Part shown: in pieces, positions 50,928 to 61,082 of the stretch
Layout of the letters: every line of letters begins with the position of its first letter
How positions within the stretch are numbered: position 1 is the stretch's first letter
Program-made: the position numbers and the translations under genes
DNA from: Candidatus Thalassospirochaeta sargassi
GTDB lineage: Bacteria; Spirochaetota; Spirochaetia; UBA9216
Assembly (NCBI GenBank): GCA_028532855.1
Contig: JAQQAL010000035.1
Span: 39,481-103,480 of the forward strand
Direction of reading: 5' to 3'
Length of the DNA: 64,000 nucleotides
Notes under the pieces: model-generated
The model's database searches: none
What the model saw: only the letters and a program-made list of their open reading frames with translations
What the model was told of the DNA's origin: nothing

Positions 50928-51563
50928 ATGAATGTCGAGATTGAGTTGATGACAATTCATGCTTCAAAAGATAAAGAAGCCGATTACGTTGTTCTAATTG
51001 GTTTGTTATCCGATGAGCTACCCGCTGAAAAGCCAGTTGATGATATTCTGGAACTCTTATTACCGCTAAAAGAGAGTTATCCAGATGCAGAGGAACGAAG
51101 GCTTTTTTATGTGGCCTTAACTCGTGCCAAGAATCGAGTATATTTGGTATATAGTCCACTTGATCCCTCAAACTTCATGAAAGAGCTTGAATCTGAAGAA
51201 TACAACACTTGTCAGCATGAGATAATAAATGGGGATTTTTCTCAAAATCCATATTTTCCTGCATGTCCCGAATGTGGCAGAGGTGTATTATCAATAAAGA
51301 ATGGCTCTCATGGGCCATTTGTAGGTTGCTCAAAATTTCCAGTGTGTAAACATACTGAGAATATTTGCTCGTTCTGCCGTTCTGGTATATTAGAAAAGAA
51401 AGGAGAAAACCTAGCCTGTACTAATTGCCAAGTAGCTATTCCTGTCTGTCCTAAGTGCGGAGGCGACCTTTTAATTCGTGAGGGCAAGTATGGACAATTC
51501 CTCGGTTGTTCCAATTACCGAAGTGATGATGTAATTTCCTGTAACTATACCAGGAAGATTTGA
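50928..51563 (+). pseudogene. C-terminal fragment of a UvrD/helicase IV-like SF1 helicase with topoisomerase-type Zn ribbons
   Basis: TIHASKDKEAD (motif V), EERRLFYVALTRAK (motif VI), repeated CPxCG..FxGCSxxP; motifs I-IV absent. Confidence 0.8.
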
Positions 51564-51617
51564 GTATGTTCACGAAAATAGATTGCAGTATCTTCTATCC
51601 TTTCGAAGGGCTATCTG

Positions 51618-52187
51618 TTAATTTTCATCTGACTGAAATAAAAGTAACTCACCTTCAGCAAGGCTTGTTTCATTACCAAACTTTTCTATAATGAAATCTC
51701 TAACATCTTTTATCTGGTTACGATGAATCTCAATATCATTGACCGTGGTCCATTTTGTGTATGGATACTTTTTCCCAATTTTCTTTAATACAATGGAGTC
51801 TATAGGACATTGATTAGGCTTTCCGATTTCTTCAAGGCACCACATATGCTTCAGATAAACTGATATGCTTTTCTGTGAATGTGAGATTTTGAAACCTTCT
51901 GGATTATAAAAAAGATCCCCAAACTTACTATTCATCTTTTCTTGCAATTCTAATATTTTTTTTTCATAATCTTCATCTGTAAGATTTTCAACAGTTTTCT
52001 GTATCTCCTTAAGGCACTCTCCCCAATAAGCTCTAATCTCTTTTCGAGAACTTTCAGCCAATCCCGACTTGTATAGTTTGTTATGCTGAACAGCAGCACT
52101 AATTGATTTACTTAATGCATCAGTATTACTTCTATCAATATTGTATCTATCAAGGAACTTCTTTTTTGCTTCAATAACTACACTCAT
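51618..52187 (-). CDS. hypothetical protein, possible HhH/glycosylase-like fold
   Basis: SQKSISVYLKHMW..CPIDSIVL..WT pattern. Confidence 0.5.
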   Translation of the reverse strand: MSVVIEAKKKFLDRYNIDRSNTDALSKSISAAVQHNKLYKSGLAESSRKEIRAYWGECLKEIQKTVENLTDEDYEKKILELQEKMNSKFGDLFYNPEGFKISHSQKSISVYLKHMWCLEEIGKPNQCPIDSIVLKKIGKKYPYTKWTTVNDIEIHRNQIKDVRDFIIEKFGNETSLAEGELLLFQSDEN

Positions 52188-52215
52188 AAAATCTCCAATT
52201 CATATGTTGTTCATC

Positions 52216-52521
52216 TCAATTTTTATTTTTCAGTTTGATAAAGTCAAATAGATTTTTTACATTATTAAGAACATAGCACAATGAAACAGATAAAGGGTAA
52301 AGAAAAATGAAAATGATTCGATCCCGTAACCCTTGAAAGCTATACCAGTTAGCTTTAATACCATTAAGCCATAAGAGAAAGTTTAAAGTGATGCCCATCC
52401 CTTCAACCCTGGCAAAAACTTCAGGATTCTCTGTATCAACGTCCAGGTCATATATCACCCTCTGAGCATGTTCATGGTGCATTTTATCTGATAGTTCTGT
52501 AATCAAGTTCCTCATGTTCAT
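52216..52521 (-). CDS. hypothetical protein with C-terminal hydrophobic segment
   Basis: RBS GGAGG, ATG at 52521 right after the upstream stop. Confidence 0.5.
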   Translation of the reverse strand: MNMRNLITELSDKMHHEHAQRVIYDLDVDTENPEVFARVEGMGITLNFLLWLNGIKANWYSFQGLRDRIIFIFLYPLSVSLCYVLNNVKNLFDFIKLKNKN

Positions 52522-52522
52522 C

Positions 52523-53764
52523 TCATCCTCCATAGCTCGAAATTTCATAGATATTAAGGCTCTCAAGAGACTCTTTGGTTTCCTGCTTGTTTAATAAATC
52601 ATCAGGAAGAAGAGTCATGAGCTCCTCCACTTCCTTCTCCCATTCATTTGTTTTCTGCATCCAGACTTCCAAAGGCCACCGCCAGTTCACTTGATAACCA
52701 AGCCTGTTAGCAAGCACGACTCCTTTCCCGTAGGGGGCTTTTAAAATGGGATCGAAGTTGTATGGTGTGTCTTGATTCAATAAACGGTCTGCCAGGTGAT
52801 CAGGATTCTTACTGACTCTGATTGCACTGCAAATGGCAGCAATGATTAGGGATGGACTTTCACAGGAGAGATTCAACAGCAGCTTGGCAGCTTTGTTCTT
52901 CTCAAACCCTTTGAGGATATAACCAGCCATATCTTCAACGGTGTAAAGTCTTCTTTTCTTGATGACCATTTTGCTGGGATACTTAACCTCGGTAGGGAAG
53001 TTGAGCATAAACTCGAGTCTGGGATCATAGATGTCGAAGAGGTCTTCCAAGGGCGGTCTATCTTCTTCTGGCAAATCCTCTAAGACTTTATGAAGCATAT
53101 AATAAGGAACCTGCTTTCTTTTCTCTAAATACGAGCGTTTATAGATAATATTATTTGGGGTAACCTGAAGATATATCGATCGATAATCTGTTACGTGCAA
53201 TTTGCGCTCAGAATTCGGCTGTATAGATGTCATCACCTCTGCATAGTAAAATCTTTTCTCTGGTTCATACTCTGTAACTATTGAACGTCTGTAAAAGTCT
53301 ACATTTGAGCAGTGATAGAGCTTTATAGCTGTTTCTTGATCTGCCAGATAAATCCCTCTGAAGTAGCTGAAAAGATGGTCCTCGATGATCCGTGATTTCT
53401 TCTGTATTGGTTTATCAGCATCATGTATCAATTCTACAGGTTCTGGTTCGGATTCTACTTCAAAATCTTCTGGGAAGCCGACTGTTAGAAATGATTTCTT
53501 GTCTCTATCTAATCCATTGATGATAACGAGATTATATCTGAACTTTCCGAGTTTGAAATGGATGGCAATTTCTTTTATATGTGCTGTATTGGCCAATGCT
53601 GAACTGACTTTCTCAAGCACCCGAAATAGTCTGAATCGCTCTACTTCTTTATCCTGATTATTAACAAGGGAGTAATACAGGATGTCTGTAAAGAATACTG
53701 GCTGATCAATCCAGGTCTCATATAGGAGGTCCTTCGATATTTCTACAAGGTTACTGTATTCCAT
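52523..53764 (-). CDS. hypothetical protein
   Basis: Long ORF; start moved to ATG 53764 after GGAGG, coupled to the upstream stop. Confidence 0.7.
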   Translation of the reverse strand: MEYSNLVEISKDLLYETWIDQPVFFTDILYYSLVNNQDKEVERFRLFRVLEKVSSALANTAHIKEIAIHFKLGKFRYNLVIINGLDRDKKSFLTVGFPEDFEVESEPEPVELIHDADKPIQKKSRIIEDHLFSYFRGIYLADQETAIKLYHCSNVDFYRRSIVTEYEPEKRFYYAEVMTSIQPNSERKLHVTDYRSIYLQVTPNNIIYKRSYLEKRKQVPYYMLHKVLEDLPEEDRPPLEDLFDIYDPRLEFMLNFPTEVKYPSKMVIKKRRLYTVEDMAGYILKGFEKNKAAKLLLNLSCESPSLIIAAICSAIRVSKNPDHLADRLLNQDTPYNFDPILKAPYGKGVVLANRLGYQVNWRWPLEVWMQKTNEWEKEVEELMTLLPDDLLNKQETKESLESLNIYEISSYGG

Positions 53765-54641
53765 AATGCCTCCATTTATGTAAAGTACTGCTCGGTGCTG
53801 AATAGAATTGATATTCTTGCTTAATCTGCTGTTCAAACGGGGCGATGAGATTACATAACTCTTCCCATTCATTCTCTTGGGACTTTCGGATTTTTTGTTC
53901 ATGGCGATCTGAGAAAGAAACACCTGTAGTTGGATTACTATCTCTGGAAAGGTGAATGATGTATGGTGATTTCAAGTCCCAAGTGAATAGAATCCCAGTT
54001 GGCTCATCGGCTTCTAAATTAAGGAATAGGATCTGCTCAGTTAGATGGTCCTTGAAATGAGATAGCTCAATTTCTGGTAAGTAGTTATTTAATTCATCAA
54101 AAAAAGGCAGAGGGTCGCCATTCTGAAGTGCTGCTATTATATCATCAAAGAACGATTTGAAAATAAAGTATCCAACACTGTATAAGGGATACTCTGAATT
54201 GATTCTATCTTGTAACAATTGTATGTCAGTCCATGAATTTGGATAGAATTGCTTCTCATAAAAGACAGGTACCCCCTCACGAAGGTAGCCGCCAAATTTG
54301 AACTGGTCAAATAGTGCAGGATAAAAATAATGGATAAGCTCATGAAACAAAGTAGACTCAATTTCATCTAACTCTCGGTCTATCAAAATTACATCATTTA
54401 CAGAATCATATAATCCCGAGTATTCAATATCCTTTGATATTATTTGAATTGGCCCTCTATGTTTTATGGGTAGCCCAAGTTCCTGCTCGACAATCTCGAT
54501 ATTTGTTAATGCAGTATGTAGTTTCTGACTAATATCGAGATGTTGATCAGTCCAATGATTGATTAGATACGTTCTTTCATTGGTTGAAATTGTGTATTTT
54601 ATCTTTTGCAAATCAGTCTCTTTTCTCAGTTTATGCAACAT
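53751..54641 (-). CDS. HEXXH zinc metallopeptidase-like protein
   Basis: LFHELIH followed by LREG (gluzincin-type third ligand); RBS GGAGG. Confidence 0.7.
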   Translation of the reverse strand: MLHKLRKETDLQKIKYTISTNERTYLINHWTDQHLDISQKLHTALTNIEIVEQELGLPIKHRGPIQIISKDIEYSGLYDSVNDVILIDRELDEIESTLFHELIHYFYPALFDQFKFGGYLREGVPVFYEKQFYPNSWTDIQLLQDRINSEYPLYSVGYFIFKSFFDDIIAALQNGDPLPFFDELNNYLPEIELSHFKDHLTEQILFLNLEADEPTGILFTWDLKSPYIIHLSRDSNPTTGVSFSDRHEQKIRKSQENEWEELCNLIAPFEQQIKQEYQFYSAPSSTLHKWRHYGIQ

Positions 54642-54811
54642 TTATCCTCCTGGTTCATTTAGGTTTCAAATGTTATATAAGAAAAAGATCCGAAAAGTAA
54701 AACGAAAAGTGAAAAATTTTTTATTTCATTTTAATATAAGGAGTTAGTATCTGTAAATAGTATTAGACTTGCAAGAAATTTCTTTGAAGCGGTTTTATTA
54801 AACCGTATCAT

Positions 54812-55090
54812 CTATTCCTGATGTGCGAAAAAACCTTCATATGTAGTATCTTGTTCTTTAAAAGTATCAATCCATCTGCCGATATCGACTTCTTGCAATT
54901 CATAAAAAGCATCCTCATCGATGAATTTATCATTTTCAGTAAATGTAAAAATCTCAGGGACAAGTATCGTCTGAAGGTTCTTCACTTGTTCTACTGTCAG
55001 CCCGTGTTCAATAAGGATGGTTTTTACAAAATCAGTTAATACAAGGTCGTCTCCGAGGGTATAAGCAAAATCCTCAAGACCTTCACTCAT
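54812..55090 (-). CDS. hypothetical acidic protein
   Basis: 92-aa ORF. Confidence 0.5.
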   Translation of the reverse strand: MSEGLEDFAYTLGDDLVLTDFVKTILIEHGLTVEQVKNLQTILVPEIFTFTENDKFIDEDAFYELQEVDIGRWIDTFKEQDTTYEGFFAHQE

Positions 55091-55155
55091 TCATTCTTTC
55101 CATCGTCAGAATAATTCTAATTTTTTGGATTTCAGCCATCCTTTTAACATTAACA

Positions 55156-56385
55156 TGGAATTCCCCCAGTTCTGTAGACATTCTTAACTTGCCATAAGAG
55201 CCTTTTCAAAATCAACAGGTGACCGCCGATTTAAGTGCTCATGCCTTCTTTTTCTGTTATAAAATACTTCGATATAATCAAAAATATCATTCCGAGCATC
55301 ATCTCGTGTTAGGTATTTCCTTCTGCGAGTTCGTTCTTTTTTCAGGCTGTTGAAAAAAGATTCGACAGCAGCGTTATCGTAACAGTTCCCTCGACGACTC
55401 ATACTCTGAATGAAATTATTGTTTTTACAAAACCGATTCCAATCACTGCTCGAATATTGAGTCCCCTGATCTGAATGAATAATAACTTTGTTTTTTGGTC
55501 GACGTCTCCAGAATGCTGAAAGCAGAGCCTGAACAACAATATCTCGGTGAAGAGTATTCTGCATCGACCATCCAACAATTCTTCGAGAACACAAATCCAT
55601 TACTACTGCCAGATATAACCAGCCTTCACTGGTAGGTATATAGGTAATATCTGTCACCCATGCAACATCTATTTCATCATAGTTAAAATTCTGTTGCAGA
55701 TGATTTTCATGCGCAACTGATGGTTTGCCATACTTGTAGCGCCGCCTTTTTAATCCAATTTCTGCCTGAATTTTATTCTCACGCATTATTCGTGCTACAC
55801 GATTTAATCCACAAACCTCACCAGATTCACGTAGATCTTCAAATATTCTGGGGCTGCCGTAGACTTTATCGCTCTCATCCCAAAAATGTTTTATCTGCTT
55901 GAGAATACGCTCGTCTTCGATCTCTCGATCTGATTTTGGTTTATTCAACCATGCATAGAAGCCGCTACGATGAACTTTTAGAACTCGGCACATCGAAACA
56001 ACCCTGAACTCAGTCCTGTTTGCTTTAATAAAGGCATATCTTACTCGGACTGATTTGCGAAGAATGCCGCGGCTTTTTTTAGGATGTCACGCTCCTCAGT
56101 GACCCGCCGTAACTCTGATTGGAGCCTTTGAATTTCTTTTTCTTGAGCAGACATTTGTTGTTCAGCTTTTTGCGATTTTGGATTTCTTGGATCGGCATGC
56201 AGCCACTTATATAGGCTGTGTGTTGATACTCCGATTCGCTCTGCAACATCCTTGACTGAATAGCCGCGTTCAACAATTTGAGTAACAGCTTCCTTCTTAA
56301 ATTCATCCGTATACCTGGATTTTCCCATCTACATCTTCTCCTCATTTTGAGTTTATCAGATGTCTACGATTTCGGGGGAATTCCA
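55156..56385 (-). mobile_element. IS3-family insertion sequence (1230 bp)
   Basis: Terminal IRs TGGAATTCCCCC-N6-GTAGACAT with TG..CA ends; orfA/orfB. Confidence 0.93.
55184..56328 (-). CDS. IS3 transposase OrfAB (orfA 56041-56328 HTH; orfB DDE) joined by a -1 frameshift
   Basis: WVTDITY, HSDQG.QY, GNCYDNAAVESFF; A7G run at 56073-56080 with the -1 frame open into orfB. Confidence 0.92.
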
Positions 56386-56703
56386 GTTGTCGCCCATGGT
56401 CAGGGCTTTGGTAAGTTCTGATACAACTGTGTTATAGATGTTTTTGTTCAGACAATCCCGGAAAGCCTGTGGATTATCGGGCTCAAGAATAGAAAAAATC
56501 TGGTTCTGTACTGTTTTTATTTCAGCTGTAGTCTCGGTCTGCTTCTTTTGAACCCGTTCGCGGAGACGACATACCATGAGATATTGTTCTTCAAAGGTGT
56601 CATAGAGTCCTTTTAGGTATTCGAGGTGTTCATTCACAGTGAGGCCGAAGAGCCTGGGTTCTTTCTGTTCTATCCCCTTGATGATATCTGTTAATAATTT
56701 CAT
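56386..56703 (-). pseudogene. hypothetical gene interrupted by IS3
   Basis: The last codons of ORF 56356-56703 (WNSPEIVDI) are read from the IS inverted repeat. Confidence 0.65.
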
Positions 56704-56902
56704 TTTTAAATCTCCTTGCTGGAACAGCTATATTATGCATGGTACTTGAGGTCCTGTGTTATGAAAATAATGAGTGCTGCTCTTCTGTCTGGCATTCATG
56801 CATTTAATGGCTCCCGTTATTTGGCGAAGATAGTTTTCGCCATTAAGTTTGAAGGAGCAAACTTTTATGTTAGGTGGGAGTAGTTAGAAACAAAGAGCTT
56901 AC

Positions 56903-57895
56903 TTATAGAGAATTTATTTCTACTTCGAGCTCACCAATACTATTCAGAATATCTGTAAAATCAGGCTTATCTCCAAACAGCATTGATTGCATGCTTTCAT
57001 AATCTTTTTTCAATTCTTCTAAATGATGTTCAGAGGGCGACAGTCGAAAAGTCCCGGGAAAGGCGTCATCATATCGTGCCCATGGACATCGATAAAAACG
57101 CTTCTTAAATTCAACAACATCTTCTAACAGTTTCAAATCGTTAAGAGCATCGATTTTGACCTGGGTATCAGCCATTCGATGTAGATCATAATAATGACGC
57201 GAATATCTTGGAGGAAGAGATTTGCTCGTATCACGATGAGCTTCCTGATGCAGTATTGTAGCCTTCTCCCAAAATGTTCTCTTAGCCATCACTGTACGAA
57301 TTGAAGTTTCTGCCTGTTCAAATACATCTGGATAAAAATCTGCTGAGTATGGTTTTATCACCTTTTCTTCAGACGGAACCCAAGCGGCCAGAGGCCCTAT
57401 TTCCAAAAGAATTGTCTGCAGGATAGAATCATTCGAGAAACTACGTGGATAGGTGAATCTGACGTTTTGATGTTTATCGGCAGATACTTCTACCTCACAC
57501 CCAAGTATATCTGAAAAGTCAGCCTTCAACACAGGAGCAAATGAGTCGATAAGAAATTGAACAGCTTTTTGATTAGCTTCCTCATTAAACTTATCCTGCT
57601 TTGTATTACTACGAGCATCCCAAGGTTCACCGGCCTGATATCCAAGAAGAGTCCAATCTATTATCAGATCTATATCCTCTGAAAACCTTTCAATTAGGTT
57701 ATATGCCTTTGACAAGCTTGTCCCGCCTTTAAAAGATAACTGGCCTTTCCAATCACTCTTGTGAAAAAGATAATCCAGAGTCCAGCAAACCCAGAAATCC
57801 TTTTCAATAATCGCTTCGTTTATCCCCATCTTTTGAGATGTCGCACGGAAGAGATCCATTCTGTCTTTATCAGATAGCCCTGCAATTTTATTCAT
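56903..57895 (-). CDS. abiEii: AbiEii-type nucleotidyltransferase toxin (type IV TA)
   Basis: IEKDFWV, FKGGTSLSKAY.LIERFSEDID, RTFWEK, SRHYYDL. Confidence 0.92.
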   Translation of the reverse strand: MNKIAGLSDKDRMDLFRATSQKMGINEAIIEKDFWVCWTLDYLFHKSDWKGQLSFKGGTSLSKAYNLIERFSEDIDLIIDWTLLGYQAGEPWDARSNTKQDKFNEEANQKAVQFLIDSFAPVLKADFSDILGCEVEVSADKHQNVRFTYPRSFSNDSILQTILLEIGPLAAWVPSEEKVIKPYSADFYPDVFEQAETSIRTVMAKRTFWEKATILHQEAHRDTSKSLPPRYSRHYYDLHRMADTQVKIDALNDLKLLEDVVEFKKRFYRCPWARYDDAFPGTFRLSPSEHHLEELKKDYESMQSMLFGDKPDFTDILNSIGELEVEINSL

Positions 57896-58511
57896 TATTA
57901 TAATTCTCCAGCCTACAGGCTTTCTTTATTATCTCATAAACCCAATCTGTAACGTACATCGCTTCTTTAAGGATTTTCTTTCGCTCTTTCTCATTAAGGT
58001 GATTTGAAATAGTAATTATTACTTTGTCATCAACATTCTTCTCACCCAGAGCTTTCAAAGCCTGAACAATAAGTGCAGATTTAGATGAAAGGACTGTTGT
58101 CTCCTTATTTGTTCGGTGTTTGAACCTCATAGTGTTCCCAAGCCACTTATAGCTTCTGTAGGGCCCATCGCTTAGATACTCCCAGGTTGATGGTACCTGT
58201 GTCGACAAACCTAACAGATTGAGAGCTGTATTACCATCCGGCCATATTGTCCAGCCATGGGAACGTGCGATAGCCTGTGCAATTTTATCAGGATCCGGAG
58301 GTGACAGTTCATTTAGCAATTTACTTATTGATGGATAGTCATAAACGCCACGCATAAGTCTCCGGATTAAGCCTCTTTTTGTAAATCTGGCTAAAATATT
58401 CTTAATAGTCGACGGGTTAGCAATATCAGAAAAATCTGACAAAACAAAAACCCAACCCCTGCCATGACCATAAATGCGGCTAATTACTTTATCAGCAATG
58501 ATTTCCGACAT
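57888..58511 (-). CDS. abiEi: AbiEi-type antitoxin (DUF6088-like)
   Basis: wHTH LARF...G.IRRL.RGVYDYP, ALNLLGLSTQVP; overlaps the toxin start. Confidence 0.88.
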   Translation of the reverse strand: MSEIIADKVISRIYGHGRGWVFVLSDFSDIANPSTIKNILARFTKRGLIRRLMRGVYDYPSISKLLNELSPPDPDKIAQAIARSHGWTIWPDGNTALNLLGLSTQVPSTWEYLSDGPYRSYKWLGNTMRFKHRTNKETTVLSSKSALIVQALKALGEKNVDDKVIITISNHLNEKERKKILKEAMYVTDWVYEIIKKACRLENYNNE

Positions 58512-58527
58512 ATCTAACACCACCTTT

Positions 58528-58559
58528 TTGAGACTAAAAGTATATACTTTTAGTCTCAA
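58528..58559. promoter_or_regulatory. perfect 32-bp palindrome, likely AbiEi autoregulatory operator
   Basis: TTGAGACTAAAAGTAT|ATACTTTTAGTCTCAA immediately upstream of the antitoxin start. Confidence 0.75.
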
Positions 58560-58594
58560 TTTAGCAAGAAATTATCATTTTTAGCGAGTTTTCA

Positions 58595-59471
58595 CTAAAT
58601 CTCCCTCGTAATCTCCAGCACGTCCTTATACTCATCAGCATGGAAGTAGTTCTCGGTCATGCGATCGGTTGAATGCCCGGTGATTGTCTGAACCTTTGGG
58701 ATTGGTATGTACCTGCTTCTACCGGTCTTTGTACACTTAAGCCCGTGGCCCTTCTCCCAGGACACCGAGACTTCGATATAATCATCAAAGACAGCCTTTC
58801 GCTGCAGGGCTCTTATTTCGCCCATACGCATGCCTGTGGTAGCCGCTATGAGGTTGAATGTGTAATAGCAGGTATCGGCCCCACTTCTGGTCAAAGAAAT
58901 CTTTAACCTCCTCAACGGTGAGGATTCCGCGTTCTTTCTGCTTTCCCGGTATCATTTCTATAATCGGCATTTGCAGGATGTATTTCTTTTTGTAGGCGTG
59001 CTGTAAGATTGTTCGAAGGGTAATCAGGATTTTGTTTATAGTAGCCGGAGCCTTGCCTGCAGCAGATAATCCTACTACCAGCTCTTCTATTACCTCGGAA
59101 TCTATCTTCTTTAGTTTCAGCTCACCGATAACAGGATTTAAATGGTTTATGATTGTTGAGTTCTGGTTTTCCGCATGCCTGCGGCCGATTGTTTTGCCGC
59201 GCAGTATCTGCTTCTGAATAAACGGACCTTCCCAATCAAAGAAGCCGTCGGCGAAGTCTTTAAAGACTATGTTTTCTTTTGTTATGACTTGTCCGGATTT
59301 AAGGTATTCGATTGCCCAGGCTTCTGCTCTTGTTTTCTTGGTTTGTCCTGAACTTTTAGCAGTGCTCCAGTGGTCGTTGTCGAGCCTGAAGCGTACATAA
59401 TAAATAAAGCGCCCCGAATCGAGGCGCCTTTTCCATAATGAATAAGGTTTTTTTGCATTAACTGCCTCCAT
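58595..59471 (-). pseudogene. tyrosine integrase, frameshifted and internally deleted
   Basis: Arm-binding and core N-terminus (58785-59471); TGMRMGE and GHST..MT..Y in another frame (58595-58915); HxxR segment missing. Confidence 0.85.
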
Positions 59472-59582
59472 TGTGTATTGGAAGTACAGTTTTTATGCTA
59501 CAAAACATGCTACACATTTAGTTTTTTATATATATGACAAAACGGCATCATGTTTAATTCCTTATCCTGTTAAGAATTATAA

Positions 59583-59600
59583 TAGTCGGGCTGGGCAGAT
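59583..59600 (-). repeat. att-like 18-bp duplicate of the tRNA-Pro 3' end
   Basis: TAGTCGGGCTGGGCAGAT at 59583-59600 and 59785-59802. Confidence 0.85.
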
Positions 59601-59740
59601 GGACGAAACTTCTGCATCTTCGATGCTTCAGTTTCTTCAGAAGTTTGTCTGCGTCAAACTTCTTACATACAGCCTCAACTATCTCTATTAGACAATCATG
59701 AATACATCGGACCTGCATCATGTTCAAATCTGCAGATTAA

Positions 59741-59778
59741 TAAAAAAGGGTTAACCGTCACTAAACAGTTAACCCTTG
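59741..59778 (-). terminator. terminator downstream of tRNA-Pro
   Basis: AAGGGTTAAC..GTTAACCCTT stem with a T-run on the minus strand. Confidence 0.7.
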
Positions 59779-59787
59779 TAGTTGTAG

Positions 59788-59861
59788 TCGGGCTGGGCAG
59801 ATTTGAACTGCCGACCCCATGTCCCCCAGACATGTACGCTAAACCCCTGCGCTACAGCCCG
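59788..59861 (-). tRNA. tRNA-Pro(GGG)
   Basis: CGGGCTG acceptor stem, anticodon arm CATGT-CT GGG GG-ACATG, TTCAAAT T-loop; CCA not encoded. Confidence 0.95.
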
Positions 59862-59963
59862 TATTTGTTGAATGAAAAGATATCATCTATAGAAATGAGT
59901 GTCAACAAGGATGGATAATGTTTTTACAGCTATAGAATTGCGTGACAGTTCAGCCAATAAAGG

Positions 59964-60659
59964 CTAATTCAGTTTATAGGTTACAGGCAGTTTAAGTACA
60001 ACATCGGAGCCGGTGTTATGGCTGTAGGGTTCGGACATTACATTCTCAAGCAGATCAGCCGCAGCATTATTCAGCATCCGGTATCTGCATCCTTCGGCAA
60101 CCCTGATTGAGGTCATATTGCCCTCTGAATCAAGCCGCAACTCCACAATCACTGTGCCCTGATACCCCTTCTTTTTAGCCGTCAGAGGATAGGTTGAGTC
60201 CTTCATGGCATTTATCCTCTGCAGAAGCCCGGCAAAAGGATTCACTTCAGCGGCCGGTTCAGACGGGCTTATCTGTTCGGACTGCTCATCATCAGAAAGC
60301 GGAGCCTGTGATATTTCAGCGGCTGGTTCTGCTGGAGCAGGTTTGGTCTCTGTTCCGGGACTCATTTCTGTTATTTCAGGCCTGGGCTGTTTCAGCGGTT
60401 CTGCGGGAGGTTCGGGCAGGGGTTTCGCAACCGGCGGCTGTTTCGGTTCCGGCGGCGGAGGGAGTTGATTCGCAGGCTGATGTGCCTGTTCAGGTTCAGG
60501 TTCAGGTGCAGGTTTCTCAATCATTTTAAATGAGACTTGAATAATATCATCACTTTCTGCTGCAGACTCATTATCATGCAGGCCTACGAATAAAAATAAC
60601 GCAGCATGAATCAGAATTGAAACAGCAATCAGCGGCAGCAGTAGCCTTGAACCCTTCAT
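59964..60659 (-). CDS. tonB: TonB energy transducer
   Basis: TM helix with SxxxH, Pro-rich linker, YP..A...G.QG.V C-terminal domain. Confidence 0.9.
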   Translation of the reverse strand: MKGSRLLLPLIAVSILIHAALFLFVGLHDNESAAESDDIIQVSFKMIEKPAPEPEPEQAHQPANQLPPPPEPKQPPVAKPLPEPPAEPLKQPRPEITEMSPGTETKPAPAEPAAEISQAPLSDDEQSEQISPSEPAAEVNPFAGLLQRINAMKDSTYPLTAKKKGYQGTVIVELRLDSEGNMTSIRVAEGCRYRMLNNAAADLLENVMSEPYSHNTGSDVVLKLPVTYKLN

Positions 60660-60662
60660 CCG

Positions 60663-61082
60663 TTATTCCTGCGCGGCTTCCTGCTCAACAAGGAATGATA
60701 TTCCCTCAGCCCCGCATCTTCTGCAGATATCCATTAAGTCTACAACAAAGCCGAAGTCCACCGATTCATCCGACTCAATGAATATCTCTTTATCAACCCG
60801 GCGGCTGTAAATATCAGACAGCTGCGCAGTAAGCTCATCTCGACTCACGGCCCCGGTATTCAAAAAAAGACCGCCCGAGGCATCAATTGATACAATGATC
60901 TCCTGTGATGTAGAGTTCTCGGTTATCACTGTCTCAGGCAGATCAACCGAAACCACAGGACTTGCAGCACTTGCAGTGAGAAGAAAGAATATCAGAAGGA
61001 TGAAGATCATATCCAGCATCGGAGTTATATCAAAACCCGTTCTACTGCTCCATGATTCATCAAATTCCTTAAACTCAATCAT
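60663..61082 (-). CDS. exbD: ExbD
   Basis: ITPMLDMIFILLIFF, VDLP. Confidence 0.92.
   Translation of the reverse strand: MIEFKEFDESWSSRTGFDITPMLDMIFILLIFFLLTASAASPVVSVDLPETVITENSTSQEIIVSIDASGGLFLNTGAVSRDELTAQLSDIYSRRVDKEIFIESDESVDFGFVVDLMDICRRCGAEGISFLVEQEAAQE

Larger units (their letters stand above)
50900..59600. mobile_element. decayed integrative island at tRNA-Pro(GGG)
   Basis: Integrase remnant next to a duplicated tRNA 3' end, AbiE TA pair, IS3, AT-rich orphans; left boundary inferred from truncated genes. Confidence 0.7.

Noticed and set aside
53751-53923. Apparent 173-bp overlap or frameshift between two island ORFs
   Set aside because: GGAGG plus ATG at 53764 gives an ordinary 14-nt overlap
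58860-58915. Programmed frameshift in the integrase
   Set aside because: No clear slippery site and the HxxR catalytic segment is also missing; decay is simpler
60300-60520. Short tandem repeats (CAGGTT)
   Set aside because: Encode the PE/Pro-rich linker of TonB
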